From assembly GCA_965113315.1 (NCBI GenBank), contig OZ220364.1: DNA of 64,000 nucleotides; one strand, written 5' to 3'. Position numbers and translations under genes: made by a program. The notes under the pieces were generated by a model. The model did no database searches. It was given only the letters and a program-made list of their open reading frames with translations, and was not told the origin of the DNA. Positions 12,528 through 25,455 of the stretch are shown here, in pieces. Origin of the DNA: Podarcis vaucheri (taxonomy: Eukaryota). Position 1 is the first letter of the stretch, and every line of letters begins with the position of its first letter.

Positions 12528-14495
12528 GTAAGTAGCCATTCTCCCGCTTGTCTGTTGTTCTGGGCCAGCCAGAGTGACAGCAAAGATCCCCTGTGTTGCA
12601 AAGAGAAAAATCTGGCAACCTGAAAGCAACACGACAGGCTAATAATTTGATTACAACACTTTATATAGCTACTAAATTGTATCTTTATTCAAAGTCAATA
12701 ATTAGTAGTGAAAGCTGAACCATTGTAACCTATGTACCCTCTCGGACCTCTTATTTGCTGAGGAAGAAAGATAACAGTCAGTTATCCAGGAAGGACAGTC
12801 CTGCTACTGCCTCTGGAGCATCAACTTCTTTCAGCGTGTTCACTGCTAAATATATGAATAAGTCGTGGATCTAACCAGGCGCATCCGTGCTGTGGTTGGG
12901 ACTTTATACTTATTTTGGAAGGCATGTTGCCTCAAGCTTGAATCGTTCTCGGTTTGATACATCATTGAAAAAATCCTCTACTTTGGGAAATTATCTGCAG
13001 TCACATTAGTTGGTGTTACCTTGTATATATTGTATATATACAAGGTATATATACAATATATTGTATACCTTGTATATATTGTATGCCACTTGACTCTGAA
13101 TGAAGATACAATTTTGTAGCTATATAAAGTGTTGTAATCAAATTATTGGCCTGTCTTGTTGCTTTTAGGTTGCCAGAGTAGGCAGAGTGAGGCAGCAGAT
13201 ATGGAGGAGAAGAGAATGGTGGCAAGGTGTTGGAAGGGAGAGCTGTGTGTGCCACACCATGGCCTACCCAAGCTAGCCTGCTAATTTCCATTCCAGCTGG
13301 ATTCTGTACATGCGATTGGGGCGGGGGGGACACCATCTTGTTCTTTGCCTCAGACAGCAAAATGTCTTGGGCCAGCCTTGTAGTTGGCTGGTGCAAGTGC
13401 AAGTACAAGTTAAGCCTATAAGCTCAATTCCCCACATACTAAGGGTGTATTTTATTTCAAAACAGACTTAAGGTTAAGCTGGAGCGCTAGCTCGTTTCTT
13501 AATGTTAGGTAAATGGATAGAACAGCAAAAGTGGGCCCTGTTCCCACTTTCCAGCCCTTACTTTGTAAAGAACTTATAAAGTTGCTGGCCAAGGGTAGAG
13601 ATTTCTTTTTCCAAAACCTTTATCTTTTGGCGCACTTGGCAACATTAATCCACTCTTTCATAAAATGTTAACAAGGTGGCTTACAACATATAGAACGCAA
13701 TAAAAGCAAACTATAAATATCTACAAAACATAATTAAAAACATTTGATACTGGATGTGTTTTGCAAGCTTCAGTTATAGGTGGCAGACAGTGTATTCCCC
13801 CCCCCTTGCAACTGTTATACATGTGCTTGAAGGCTTAGGACTTCCTTGGGAAACACTGTTAAAGGGAGAGGAAACTTCTGTCTATGGTTATGCCCTTGAT
13901 AGCCTTTTCACATGGGCAGCTTCCTAAAATGATGAGCATCCATGTGTGAGTTCTCCATTAGCCATTGCTCTTCATGACCAGTGGTCAGCAGATTTATCCA
14001 GCAAAATGTATCCACTAGTACCGCTTACTGTTTAACATTTATTCAGCACCAGCAATGAACTAGGCTCTATTCACACAACAGACTGAAATGATGCAGTCCT
14101 TGTCCCAGAGGGGTTACAGCTCAAATCAGATTGATCTATTGCTTTAGCCCCAGGATTTAACAGAGCAGTACAAAGTCATGGCAGTGGCATTTGTCACAAA
14201 GCCAAATCTGCTATGTGTACATGCGTGAGGTGCGTTAGTCATGCACACAGAAAACGTGGAAGCTGGATAACTCCATAACTGCCAAATAAGTAATCTCCTT
14301 AGCATTAGAGTGCTTACAGCTTGTATTATCCAGCCAACAGAAAGTACTGTACATGAAAAGCATTGCTGTGTATTTTTCCTCTTGCAAAAAACACCCGCTC
14401 TCTAGCTTGGCCCTCCATGGTGGGCCATATGCTTTCAGATTACAGAATGAGATGACAGCTTTCATGACATATTTGTTTCCTCCCACCCCCTGTAG

Positions 14496-14879
14496 CTGTT
14501 TGACAGACTCAAGCTGCAAGAGTCCCTGGTTAAAAAGGACGTTTCAAAGATGGCTGCTGATCTGCCAGCTCTTCCATGTGATCCTAGGACACTTCGGTGG
14601 AAATCTGAGTCAGGTCGGAGGAGGTCAGAAGAACGAGGGGCAAAGAAGCGCTCGAGCAAAGAGAGGACACGGAGCTCTAGCCTGCCTCGAACTTATGGGA
14701 AAGAGATTGAGCTGTCTGGCAGAATCTCCCAAACAGAGGGGACAAGTGCAGGTGGCACGAGAGGTCGATCACGGAAAAAGCGAAGGCCCAAAGTGGATTA
14801 CCAGCAAGTTTTCACACGGCACATAAACCAGATTTTTATTCGGGGGGAGAATGTCTTGCTTGTTCATCTAGCCCATTGA
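14496..14879 (+). CDS. LSM11: LSM11 coding exon 4 (spacer + Sm motif 2, stop)
   Basis: TAG| acceptor; [10 protein letters not shown]...[34 protein letters not shown]. Spliced CDS 448+140+84+384=1056 nt, 351 aa. Confidence 0.96.
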   Translation: MFDRLKLQESLVKKDVSKMAADLPALPCDPRTLRWKSESGRRRSEERGAKKRSSKERTRSSSLPRTYGKEIELSGRISQTEGTSAGGTRGRSRKKRRPKVDYQQVFTRHINQIFIRGENVLLVHLAH

Positions 14880-17800
14880 TCTGATTGCCATTACTCAGCC
14901 AGCAGCATGAACAGTGGTGGCAGCTGCATGCTACTTTGTGAATTGTTTTGTAACTTCTCTTCCTCTGACTAAAAGGGAAGAAGGCAGGAGCATCTTGAGC
15001 CAGCTACCAGCTTGTTTGGACTAAAATTTGGCCAAGGAAGCTGCTGCCTCTACAAAGAGACAGATCTCCTAAGTCCTTGAACTGTGCAACTTCCAGAATT
15101 TGTGGGGCAAGTATTGCTGTATATTAAAAACCCATGTGGTCTAAAAGTAGCTCTGTTTTTCTACGTGGCTGCAAAAGAAGCAGAGTATGCCATTGACCTT
15201 GGTACTTCATTGTGGAATGCTAGTAATTTGAAATCATGGAAAAGCACGATTATAAAAAATGGCAATGGAATTCAGAGCGTGTGAAAAGGAGGAATGGCTT
15301 TAGGTATGGACTTGTTTGGATCTCATCTCTCCCTCCTCCTAATAGCATGCATGGGTGGGGAGGTATTCCAGAGTTGAATCACAGTGCCCTCTGGTGTCCA
15401 AGCTTGTGTCTTGAACAAAAAGGGAATGGAAACTGAATCAAGTGGTTATTTGCTGATGGGATGCCTTTTCTCTCTAACTCATTTGTGATCAAAGGCAGTA
15501 TTTGGCCTTTTCTTCAGTATTTACACAGCCTATGCTCTTAAAACCATCTTCCCCTGCTTCCCCCCCACCCACCCCGCGCCACCAGCAAACAGTGCATGTA
15601 GCTAACTATGTAACTTCTCTACCTGGAGCTTGTCTAAATGTATGTATTGTAAAATGGGTTGGAACAACCCAGAAATTGCAATCCAGGTTTTTTTTTTTAT
15701 TGTTCATTTCATCCATTTGTGTGTTGCAGCGGTAAAGGCGATGTACATAAGTTGCTTAAAATAGAGAAGATGTTGTTTTATGCTTAGGCACAGTTATACA
15801 TTATAGAAGTGGCTGATTTCCCTGATGGTGATTGAAGAGAATAATTTGCTTGTGATACGTAGTCCTGATTGCTTCTAGGTTCTGAATGACATGCCTCTAA
15901 TGCTAGTTTGATTGTTCCTGAGAAGCATGTTTTAAGACTACTGAAAAGTATGCATGGTGATTATTTAGAAAATCAGTATTATTAACTGTTTCCCCCCTTA
16001 TGATTCAGTAATCATCAGAAGAAGCCGTGCAACATGTTGTAACAATACATATATATAAAGTGTCTGCCAAGAGAGATTTTATGGTGCTGTATAATAGTGC
16101 CCTCTGTTTACAGTGAGTGTGTGTATGTAGCACTCCAATAGCTGGACTTTGCTGCCATAGCTTGTGTTGGAATGCAATCACTATTGTATTGGGAGGCATT
16201 TTAAAAGTCTCTGTAGAATTATTAAGCTCAAAAATACAGATTTCTAACTCAAAACATATAGGTTACATTTTGTAAGTCAGTTCTGATTTTCTAGAATAAC
16301 CTAGCAATCTTCTAATGATTGGCGTTTTCCACCATTGATAGTAACCCTGAGACAATTGCATGTAGTTTGTGATTATAATTTTTTCAGGCTTAAAAAAAAT
16401 ATTCATGGGTGGAGCTCAGTTTCTTTCCTCTTATTTCTCCAGCCGAGTTGTGGGCTGCAAAATGGGCTGGGTAGGCTCTCCTAAGTTTCAAGGTGGGGAG
16501 GGCATGTGATTGTTCCAACTTTTGTGTTTGGAGGCAACCATTCCCCCCCCCCACTCAGTGCCTTGAAATTTGCAGAGTCATGGCATCATGTGGGATTCAC
16601 AGGATCTTTTTGTAAAAAGAAAGGAAGGAAGGAAGGAAGGAAATCTGCTGCTGCTAATGATGATCCCTCTCCCAAATCCTCTGTTGAATTATTCCCCTTC
16701 AGAAAATATTTGGTGAAGTGGTCCCAATTTGGAGGAGCTCTGAATGTCATGCTCACCCCTGAAAACTGAGGCTGCAGTTTGAAAAGGAAGGCCAGTGTGG
16801 AGAAGAGGGGCTTCTTAACCCTTTTTGTTCATGTTGTTTTTCCTGGGGAGTCCCAAAGCTTTCCTCAGTGGAGAGTAAAGCAATCTTCAGTGGAGAAAAC
16901 AGCATGAGGAGAAAGGGTTGTGCCCCCCCAGCCCGCCTGCTTCAAATTCTGTGAAAAAGAAGCATGGAATGATCCACTGTGTGAAGTTCTGCCCTGAGTA
17001 TTGTGAGGTTCAAGGAATTAGCCATTTTATTGTCAACCTAGTACAGCTCAAGATGACAGACTGAAAGAAAGGTACAAGAGCTAGGAAAGGAAAGGGGCCA
17101 AACTTGGAGTTCACCCACCATTAGCTATGTTTAGCATAACCTCTTGACCTGATGTGTAGCTTCCCCATTGAGTGGGAATGGGATATGCAAAATGTCTTGG
17201 ATGATGTTATATTTTTCCCTGGTTATTCTTTGCCATGCTGCAATTTAAAATGCATGTCACAAACATGTTTTTCACTCTTTCGCCCTCCTTGCTTCAAAAA
17301 GAAACCCAGGGACATGAAATACTAGTTTCTGAATTCCCTTAGCAGCCTACCTTTTGCCCTCTCCAGTTTGATTTTTCCCAGTCACCTTTGGCTGCAAAGG
17401 CTATCACAAAAATGATCCTAAGAGATTCTTGTGGCTGGATTTAACGAGTTTTGTGTCTGTTCTTGATTCTTCCTCTGTGGCTCTTTTCTACTCAAAGTAC
17501 AGTTTCTTGACTCTGTGCTCCAGAGAGTTTTCTTTTAACTTAAAAAGTTCACCTAGACACCTCCCCATATATATATATATCCCACATTTTTCTATTTTGG
17601 GGGGTGGGTAGGCTTCATATGTCTGTTCTTGAGATGCCTGCCCTTTCACATTCTACTTCGCTAAGGTTAGGCTCCCAAATACAAATTTAAGTGGACCATC
17701 AAATTTTGTTTTTTGCTTTTTCCTGAATGATCTTTCCCTTCACCGGTCTTTATCCATATTCTTTGGAATGCCAAATGCTTTCATAAGTCTGCCACTGTAA

Positions 17801-19736
17801 GTTTACTACCTCATGCTTCAGTGTTTAAATTGCTGCTGCTTTTGTCTTCCAGAATCCTTTTCACAACTTTGTCTGTGGTCCCATATCCACTGTCAATTTC
17901 ACAAGACTCTCTTTTGAATTCTTAAAAATATCTTCGGACTCTTACTGACTTGCACATTTTCTATTGTTACTTGAAGCCTCTAGATCAAAGGTGCTAAGCT
18001 TAATTTCCAAGCTGTTGTTTTGGAGTTGCAATTCACCTTGTATAAGTAGTACTTATGGAAGCATATCTGCCTATCTTACTATTCTTCCCACACCTTGCAA
18101 ATTAACTCAGGATGGATTTATTTATTTATTTATTGGCAAGAAATTGAGTTTTTCACTAGAATTCCTATCCTGTCTTGCCACTTGGTTTCTAAAGTTGCAA
18201 AGTGTAGATGTCAAACGTAAAGTGCCCCCACTTTCCAAAGATAGTAACTTCATAAATTTGAGACAAAGCCACTATATAGACCTGATGAGTAAGGCACGAA
18301 TGTCTGGAAAGGGGGACGTTTTCATATTCTTCATCAGCTTTCTTCTTCCAGATTTTTCTGTTAGTTTCTTGCCTGATTGATATGAAACACACAACTCTCC
18401 AATTCAATCCAACAATTAAAAAGAAGAAAACAGCAAGTTATGGAGAATCAAAACCAAAAAAGTCTGTGTGGCCACATTTTACTTAGCAAGTATGACATTT
18501 GAAAACTCTGTACCCATGTGTGAGTCACCCAGGTGTTTGTAGCATTTCCATACCAGGGATGTGACAAATGTTCAGCTGTAGAACACTACCACAAATATGC
18601 AAAGTGGTTGTTTTTTTAGACTTCCATGTAGAGGTTTCGGTTTTTAAACCCTCGGTTACTGTGCGGCAGGTGGTGTTTGTTCCATCACTGCGGCAAGAAA
18701 ATTACATGTACTGAGCCTTTCCCTTGCTTTTCAACTTTTGTGAAGAGTTGACAAACCTGCAAATGCAGGTATGTGCGGCTCTGAAGGTTGCAACTATGTT
18801 ACTGGCAGGCAGAATGGAGGTCTCAAAGCCGAACTTTTTCCTGCTGCAGACTTGCTGCCATTGGGGGGAATTTTTGTGTAAAGAGAGAAAATACCCAGAG
18901 AGAGAAAATAATTCCTATATTGCTTTGACAATTTTTGTCTCAATATGAGTTCAATAGTGCCTATTTACACTTCCATCAGTAAGAATCTGCTATGTGTCAA
19001 AACTCGTTACTCATTCCACGCAGCTCAAAGCATACTCTGGGAGTGGTAGAAACATATTTTAATTCTGTTTTCCCAGTTTGCAACAGAATTCCTGTTGGGG
19101 ATGAAGATGCAGAGAATTACATTTCTATTCAGCACTAGGAATACACCAGTGCCTTGTTGAAGCTCTTCCTCAAAATGGATGTCAGAGGCCTACTTTAGTG
19201 GAGGAGTAATGTGAATAACTTGTCTCTTGATGCATACAAGCCCTTTTTAGATGTCTCTGAAAAGAGCTATTGCTCTTGGCTGTCAGAGGTGAAAGCCTGT
19301 CATGAAAGAGAAAAAGGCTTATCATGTTTCTGGATGCCTGCTTTATTAGCTTCACAACAAGGAATAGGATTAGTACACCTGAGACTCTGTCAGACTTGTA
19401 TTCGTTTAGAGTGAAAAGTAGTTTGATCAGGTTGTGTACAAACATAGCTAGTCTGTTTCCTCCCTTTTCTCTCAGAAGATTGAAGCTTTCCCTCAGGAGA
19501 AGGGGGGGGGGGGACCCTGAAAGCCGCTCCAGGCTCCTTTCGCAATTATGTTTGATTTTCACTACTTCAGAGCAAAGTGCAGCTGTATCCTAGTATCATC
19601 TCCTTGGTAAGATCAGTTTTAGGCTGAGAAACAAACAACCAGAAATACTTGTCCAACCTCTCTTGGCATTGTTAGGAATTTCTTCAGCTGACTGCTGTAC
19701 TGATACATTCCCGGCTTCAGCGTTTAAAGCTTAGAT

Positions 19737-19911
19737 AAGTGAACCTGAACTACATTACAAATTGGTTTAAGTGGCCTGGTCTCCCCACTGAACCTTGGGA
19801 ACTGTAGTTTGGTGACTTCATAGTTCAAAGTGAACTTCAGTTCACAAGGTTCCTTGCTTAAAAACCATAGCAGGCTCAAAATTGATTTAAATTTGTAGTG
19901 CAGGTATACTT
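19737..19911. mobile_element. Degenerate MITE in the LSM11 3' UTR
   Basis: Imperfect terminal inverted repeats (AAGTGAACCTGAACTACA / TGTAGTGCAGGTATACTT). Confidence 0.5.
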
Positions 19912-19992
19912 TTAGCCTCAATCACTGGGTTTGATTCTTCTATGCCTTTGCTTTCTGTGTCTATTTTCCCTCTGAGACTGTTCTCATTTGTA

Positions 19993-19998
19993 AATAAA
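19993..19998 (+). terminator. Candidate LSM11 polyadenylation signal
   Basis: AATAAA with downstream GTTTGCATTTTTTGTAT. Confidence 0.5.
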
Positions 19999-22361
19999 GG
20001 GGTAACGTTTGCATTTTTTGTATAATGTAAAATGTAAAAAATAATACAGTAAAAATACCTATTACACACCCTTTTTGTCAGGCATTAGCTCTCTAGCTTT
20101 GCAACTCAACAGATCAGAACGGATAGATATATGGCATATAATACACACAAAAATACCCGGTTTAGTTGCAAGTACCCACCAGAGTACGTCGGACTGGAAG
20201 GAACATGCAAGCTGTTTTAATCTGTCTTCCTGTTTTATTTCTGAGAAGAAATTGCTGCTATGAACCTAAAAATGAATGTACAGTTTATTTATTTATTTTT
20301 GCTTGATGGATTTAGATTTCTGTATACAAAAGAGTTCAACCTCTAAGGCAATAAATATATTGATGTAACATAGACTGCTTCAGAGTTATTTCTTTCAGGC
20401 CAACTATTAGGACAATTTATATATGGCACAATTTATATACTGACAATTTTGATGCCAGGAATATTTACACACTTGGTTTATTACGTTGTAGGTTATTTTA
20501 TTGCAGAAAAACAATCCAAAATAAGCTGCTGAGAAGCTGATAAAAACAGCAGTTGCCTTAAAACCATCCACCATCACCCCACAGCAGGAGAATACAATCA
20601 CCTTGAGGCCAAAGGCTGGACATTTTCTTATTTTTATTTTTTGAAGGGGAGGAGGAATCTTAGCAAAAATAGACTCCACTGCTAAGGTTAAGCTATTCCT
20701 TTATGGTTGTGAGTTGTTTATTGATTGCAGAATTGGAAAGGGTGTGCTTCTGCATTTCAGAGGTGCGTATTTGTGAAATCCCCTTCTGATCTGAGGTGAA
20801 AAATGTTCATTTGGGGGGGTGTATATAAATGGATTTATTCATAGTTAATGTAGAAGTTTAACTGAACTGTCATGATGAGTTTATGCCGGGAGATGCCATG
20901 TATCTGCAGGGAGGCTGAGCAGCAGTTATTGCAATGTGTCCAACGGGGGGATATGGCCCACGTACTTGAGCCAAGGTATCAGAATCTGATCAATTTTAGT
21001 TGGCTGGCTGTAGGCCAGTAAGGCTGCAGAATTCCACCCAAATTGAAATTATTAGCTGGGGGTAGGTGGGAGCCTTCTGAGAGAATAAAAGGCTGGGATC
21101 TCGTCAAGAAGGGACGGGGGAAAGTGTGTGTGGTTATTGTTCATCTGCTGGAAGTTGACTCACACAGTGGACACCTGGGGACTTAAGGAGAGGCTCGGAG
21201 TGACTTGTGAAACCTGAGAGGATCCGAGAGCTGAAATCACTGGCTAGAGCTGTGGAAGAAGAATGGCGGGGAAGAGAGGCAGCATTCAGGAGAGTTCTGC
21301 CCCCAAGAATCAGCAGCATTATGGAGAAACTGAGGTAACAACAGTTTCTGGGCAGGGGGAGCCGGGGAAGGCTGCAGAAGTCCTGAAAAAAACGTGAGAG
21401 GGAAGTGTTCATGGACTTGAATGAAGACTGCAAGTGTGCTCAGTTGATGGGGAAGAGGGCCATCGGGAAAATTAGCTTTGGGTTTGACTACAGGTAGGAC
21501 CAAGCTCACACGATTACTAAAGGAATCCTATGTTGTATTTGCTATTTCATTTAAAGTGTCAGTAACCATACAGTGTAAACATTCTTATTTAAAGCAATTC
21601 TAAGGAAGTGAAGCTGGTTAAGGAACCAGGCATACCTACAAATATCACTATTTATATTTTACTAATATAATTGACTTGTTGTTTTTTTACCTCATGGTTG
21701 GACCTCTCTGCTGTTTTGTCCTACTCCTAACCATGGCCAGTGGTGCTTAAACTGAGGTAGAAAACAGATGGCATTCAGATACACAGTGGCCGCAGTAATA
21801 AAGGGTTAGGAAATGAAGGAATGTGACGTAGATAAGGGGGAAAGCTAATGTGTGAGAGGCACCCCTCCATAATAATAAAAGGGGCAGTGAAAGGATGCTC
21901 ATAGGCTTGTGAGGAACTAGAATATCTTTGCATCCTTCTGCTGAAGTTACGTCACTGTGATAGGAGATGGTGGAAAGGGGCGCCAGACCCAGTCATGTGC
22001 CAAGCATGCAGTAGGAGGAGGTGGCTTGCCTTTTCCGCTTGGGACTTTTGTGCTTGTGTATAGAAAACCTATAAATAAAGTAACCTAAGTTAGATTCGGA
22101 ATAGTTCCTGTGATAGCAAAATGTGAGGACAAAGGACAAGTCAAGTCAAAAAGACCAAGCAGGCAGAAAAGCCCTTGCTTTTTTCCCTTGTTGCTTCCAG
22201 ATGGAAACGAAGCCTTGTTTTTAAAAGCCGTTATCTCTTTTCCTACGCTTACATCCCTTTATCTTCGGTGTTTTTCACAAAAGCATTTTAATGTTCTTTG
22301 CTGAACCCTCTGAAATATTCTTCCTGTTGCCCGTTAGCAAGCAGCACAATCTATTAACAAC

Positions 22362-22402
<41 letters not shown>
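22362..22402. repeat. (AAT)13 microsatellite, the L2 3' tail
   Basis: Direct reading. Confidence 0.97.
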
Positions 22403-22581
22403 GTTTTATTTATATCCCGCCCTCCCCAGCCGAAGCCGGGCTCAGGGCGGCTAACAACAGTAAAACAGTACAAAAGTACAACATAAACAACATTCTAAAA
22501 TCATTCATTATAAAAATTAATTAATTCAAGCCACTAGCAACCATTGGGCCAGAGCTCTGCGAAGATTGCCGAGGGAGGGAG

Positions 22582-24444
22582 TCAGGCTGTGCCCTGGCCA
22601 AAGGCCTGGTGGAACAGCTCTGTCTTGCAGGCCCTGCGGAAGGATGTCAAGTCCCGCAGGGCCCTGGTCTCTTGTGACAGAGTGTTCCACCAGATCGGAG
22701 CCACAGCCGAAAAAGCCCTGGCTCTAGTTGAGGCCAGCCTAACTTCTCTGTGGCCTGGGACCTTCAAGATGTTTTTATTTGAAGACCGTAGGTTTCTCTG
22801 TGGGGCATACCAGGAGAGGCGGTCCCGTAGGTACGAGGGTCCTAGGCCATATAGGGCTTTAAAGGTTAAAACCAGCACCTTAAACCTGATCCTGTACTCC
22901 ACCGGGAGCCAGTGCAGCTGGTATAGCACCGGGTGAATGTGATCTCGCAGCGAAGACCTCGTAAGGAGTCTCGCTGCAGCATTCTGCACCCGCTGGAGTT
23001 TCTGGGTCAGTCTCAAGGGCAGCCCCACGTAGAGCGAGTTACAATAATCCAGTCTGGAGGTGACCGTCGCGTGGATCACAGTGGCTAGGTCAGGGCGAGA
23101 GAGGTAAGGAGCCAACTGCTTAGCTTGGCGGAGATGGAAAAATGCCGCCTTTGTTATAGCTGCAATCTGCGCCTCCATGGAAAGGGAGGTGTCGAAGATT
23201 ACACCCAAACTCTTAACGGACGGTGCTGGCACTAATTGCGCCCCCGCAAGAGATGGGAGTTGCCCCCCCAATCCCATATCGCCCCGTCCCAGCCACAGGA
23301 CCTCTGTCTTCGAAGGATTTAGCTTCAACCGGCTCCCACGTAACCATCCAGCCACAGCTTCCAAACATCTGGTCAGTGTGTCTGGGGCCGAGTCAGGATG
23401 GCCATCCATCAACAGATAGAGTTGGGTGTCATCGGCATACTGATGGCAGCCCAGCCCAAAACTCCGGACAAGCTGGGCGAGGGGGCGCATAAAGATGTTG
23501 AAAAGCATCGGGGAGAGTATCGCGCCCTGAGGTACTCCACACACCAAGGAGTGGCGTGATGACAATTCCCCCCCAAGCGCCACCCTCTGTCCCCGACCAG
23601 AGAGAAACGAGCGCAGCCATTGAAGGACTGTGCCCTGGATCCCCACGTCGGCAAGGCGGTGGTCCAAAAGTTCGTGATCGACCATGTCGAAGGCTGCTGA
23701 CAGGTCTAGAAGAATCAGCAGCCCTGACCCGCCTCGATCCAGCTGTCTACGAAGATCATCTGTTAGGGCGACCAGAGCCGTCTCGGTCCCATGACCAGCG
23801 CGGAAGCCGGACTGGAATGGGTCCAGAGCCGATGTTTCATCCAGAAACCCACCAAGCTGTTCAGCGACCGCTCTCTCAATCACCTTACCCAGGAACGGAA
23901 GATTCGAAACTGGGCGGTAATTGGATAGATCTAAGGGATCTAATGATGTTTTCTTTAAGAGCGGGCGCACCACTGCCTCCTTCAGTTCCCCTGGGAATGT
24001 CCCGGTGCCAAGGGACAAATTGATGATATCCCCCAGGGGGGCCCGCACCTCGTCTGGACACGCTCTAATCAGCCAAGACGGGCACGGGTCGAGAGGACAA
24101 GTGGTGGGCTTTCCAGCTTGGAGGAGTCTGTCCACATCGGCTGGGGATATCTGGTCGAAGTGGTCCAATACTGGACCCGAGGACAGTCGAGGGGCCTCCA
24201 GTTCCTTTATTGTATCCAAATTGGCAGGGAGGTCATGGCGGAGCGACAAGACCTTCTCCGCAAAAAAGCTCGCAAATGCCTCACAGCCGTGTGTCAATTT
24301 GTTATTTAAATTTGGCTGTCCCTCAAGGGACGTTAAAGACCTGATTATGCTAAATAATTGCGCTGGGCGAGAGCTAGCAGATGCAATGGAGGCCGAGAAG
24401 TATGACTTCTTAGCAGCCTTCACCGCCATCTCGTAGGTTTTCAT
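22582..24444 (-). CDS. LINE (L2) ORF2 fragment, reverse transcriptase domain, 620 aa
   Basis: NYRPVSNL, QSGFRAGHGTETAL, LDLSAAFD, GVPQGAILSP, YADD, LNPSKT, SRLDYCNSL and LHWLP motifs. Confidence 0.9.
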   Translation of the reverse strand: MKTYEMAVKAAKKSYFSASIASASSRPAQLFSIIRSLTSLEGQPNLNNKLTHGCEAFASFFAEKVLSLRHDLPANLDTIKELEAPRLSSGPVLDHFDQISPADVDRLLQAGKPTTCPLDPCPSWLIRACPDEVRAPLGDIINLSLGTGTFPGELKEAVVRPLLKKTSLDPLDLSNYRPVSNLPFLGKVIERAVAEQLGGFLDETSALDPFQSGFRAGHGTETALVALTDDLRRQLDRGGSGLLILLDLSAAFDMVDHELLDHRLADVGIQGTVLQWLRSFLSGRGQRVALGGELSSRHSLVCGVPQGAILSPMLFNIFMRPLAQLVRSFGLGCHQYADDTQLYLLMDGHPDSAPDTLTRCLEAVAGWLRGSRLKLNPSKTEVLWLGRGDMGLGGQLPSLAGAQLVPAPSVKSLGVIFDTSLSMEAQIAAITKAAFFHLRQAKQLAPYLSRPDLATVIHATVTSRLDYCNSLYVGLPLRLTQKLQRVQNAAARLLTRSSLRDHIHPVLYQLHWLPVEYRIRFKVLVLTFKALYGLGPSYLRDRLSWYAPQRNLRSSNKNILKVPGHREVRLASTRARAFSAVAPIWWNTLSQETRALRDLTSFRRACKTELFHQAFGQGTA

Positions 24445-25436
24445 AAAAGCCCTATAAGATGTGTTGTTGTTGTTGTTTTACCATTTTACTTCATCAGTAA
24501 ACTTATGCTGATTTGGGGGATTTTTTTTAAAACTCTGCATACTCTTATATAGAAAAGTGTCTGAGAAATATGTATACAAATATTATGGGATGTATTCAAT
24601 GTAGCACTAAGGAGAACATTCCCTCAGTACAAAGATTTCTCTTTACCTAATGACATGTTATGGCAAAAGGGTTCTAGCCCTACCTAGTTTTCTACGTACA
24701 GGAATGAATTGGGGATTTTTGTTTTATGTATAAGGGAGATGCAAGTGGTATAGCCACACAAATAGTATAGCCCTTTCGCAACTTTACCATTTCAGTGGGA
24801 ATGAGGTGTTTGTAACTCAGCGGATGGGACTGTGCCTGACTGCATTTCCTAGAAGAAGCAGGTTGCTCAGTTATGTCTCATTATATTACTTGAAACAAAT
24901 GTGTTTGATTATTCTCTTAAGCAAAGGGTGGGGAGCACCAAACCTCAGGAAAAGCAAAAGAAGAAAAAGAGCCTCAGAATGATGCTAAAAGTCCATCTTT
25001 ATCAAATACAGTTCTTGTAAAATACCTGGAAGCCCAGACTATTTTGATCGAAAATAACTATCTTCATAGATACTTACTGAAAACAAGCTTCTCCTATCCA
25101 AAATAAGGATTTTCTATTGTTGACTTGATAAATGCCTCTTCTTTTGCTTCCCTTGATAGCGCCAACCAGATTTGTCACATCAGACTCAATAGAATGTGTC
25201 CTATGCTGAAGACAAGCTAGTCATCATGCTAGCCTGTTCTCAGTCTTTGTTAGTAGGATAAAGCCGTGCTGTTGGATAAAAGGTATCACAATATTAAATG
25301 CTGCCATTGTCAGCTCTTATTTGGTATACATCAGAACCAAAAACCCATCTCTTCAAACATTCTTCAAGGAAAAGAAAAGGCCTTAAACTTTTTTTGCTAG
25401 TCCCTCCAAAATTATTCCTGCTGTACTCATTACTAC

Positions 25437-25455
25437 TGTCCGCTAGATGGCAATA
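25437..25455 (+). promoter_or_regulatory. Candidate CTCF site
   Basis: TGTCCGCTAGATGGCAATA matches the CTCF core CC[AG][CG][CT]AG[AG][GT]GGC. Confidence 0.5.

Larger units (their letters stand above)
14880..20020 (+). other. LSM11: Probable long LSM11 3' UTR
   Basis: First canonical AATAAA I noticed after the stop is at 19993-19998, followed by a U/GU-rich tract; another at 20350-20355. The end point is inferred. Confidence 0.5.
22362..24462 (-). mobile_element. 5'-truncated, young L2-clade LINE with (TTA)n tail
   Basis: Uninterrupted RT ORF, 3' UTR with GC stem-loop and (TTA)13 tail; CpG-rich against an AT-rich background; endonuclease domain missing. Confidence 0.93.

Noticed and set aside
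14353-14826. 157-aa ORF overlapping LSM11 exon 4 in another frame
   Set aside because: Starts in the intron, has no recognisable homology and no splice support.
22544-24436. Several plus-strand ORFs (130-171 aa) within the L2
   Set aside because: Antisense shadows of the GC-rich RT ORF.
22582-24444. RT as a retron, DGR, group II intron or domesticated gene
   Set aside because: Motifs, 3' UTR, (TTA)n tail and 5' truncation all fit an ordinary L2 LINE copy in a vertebrate genome.
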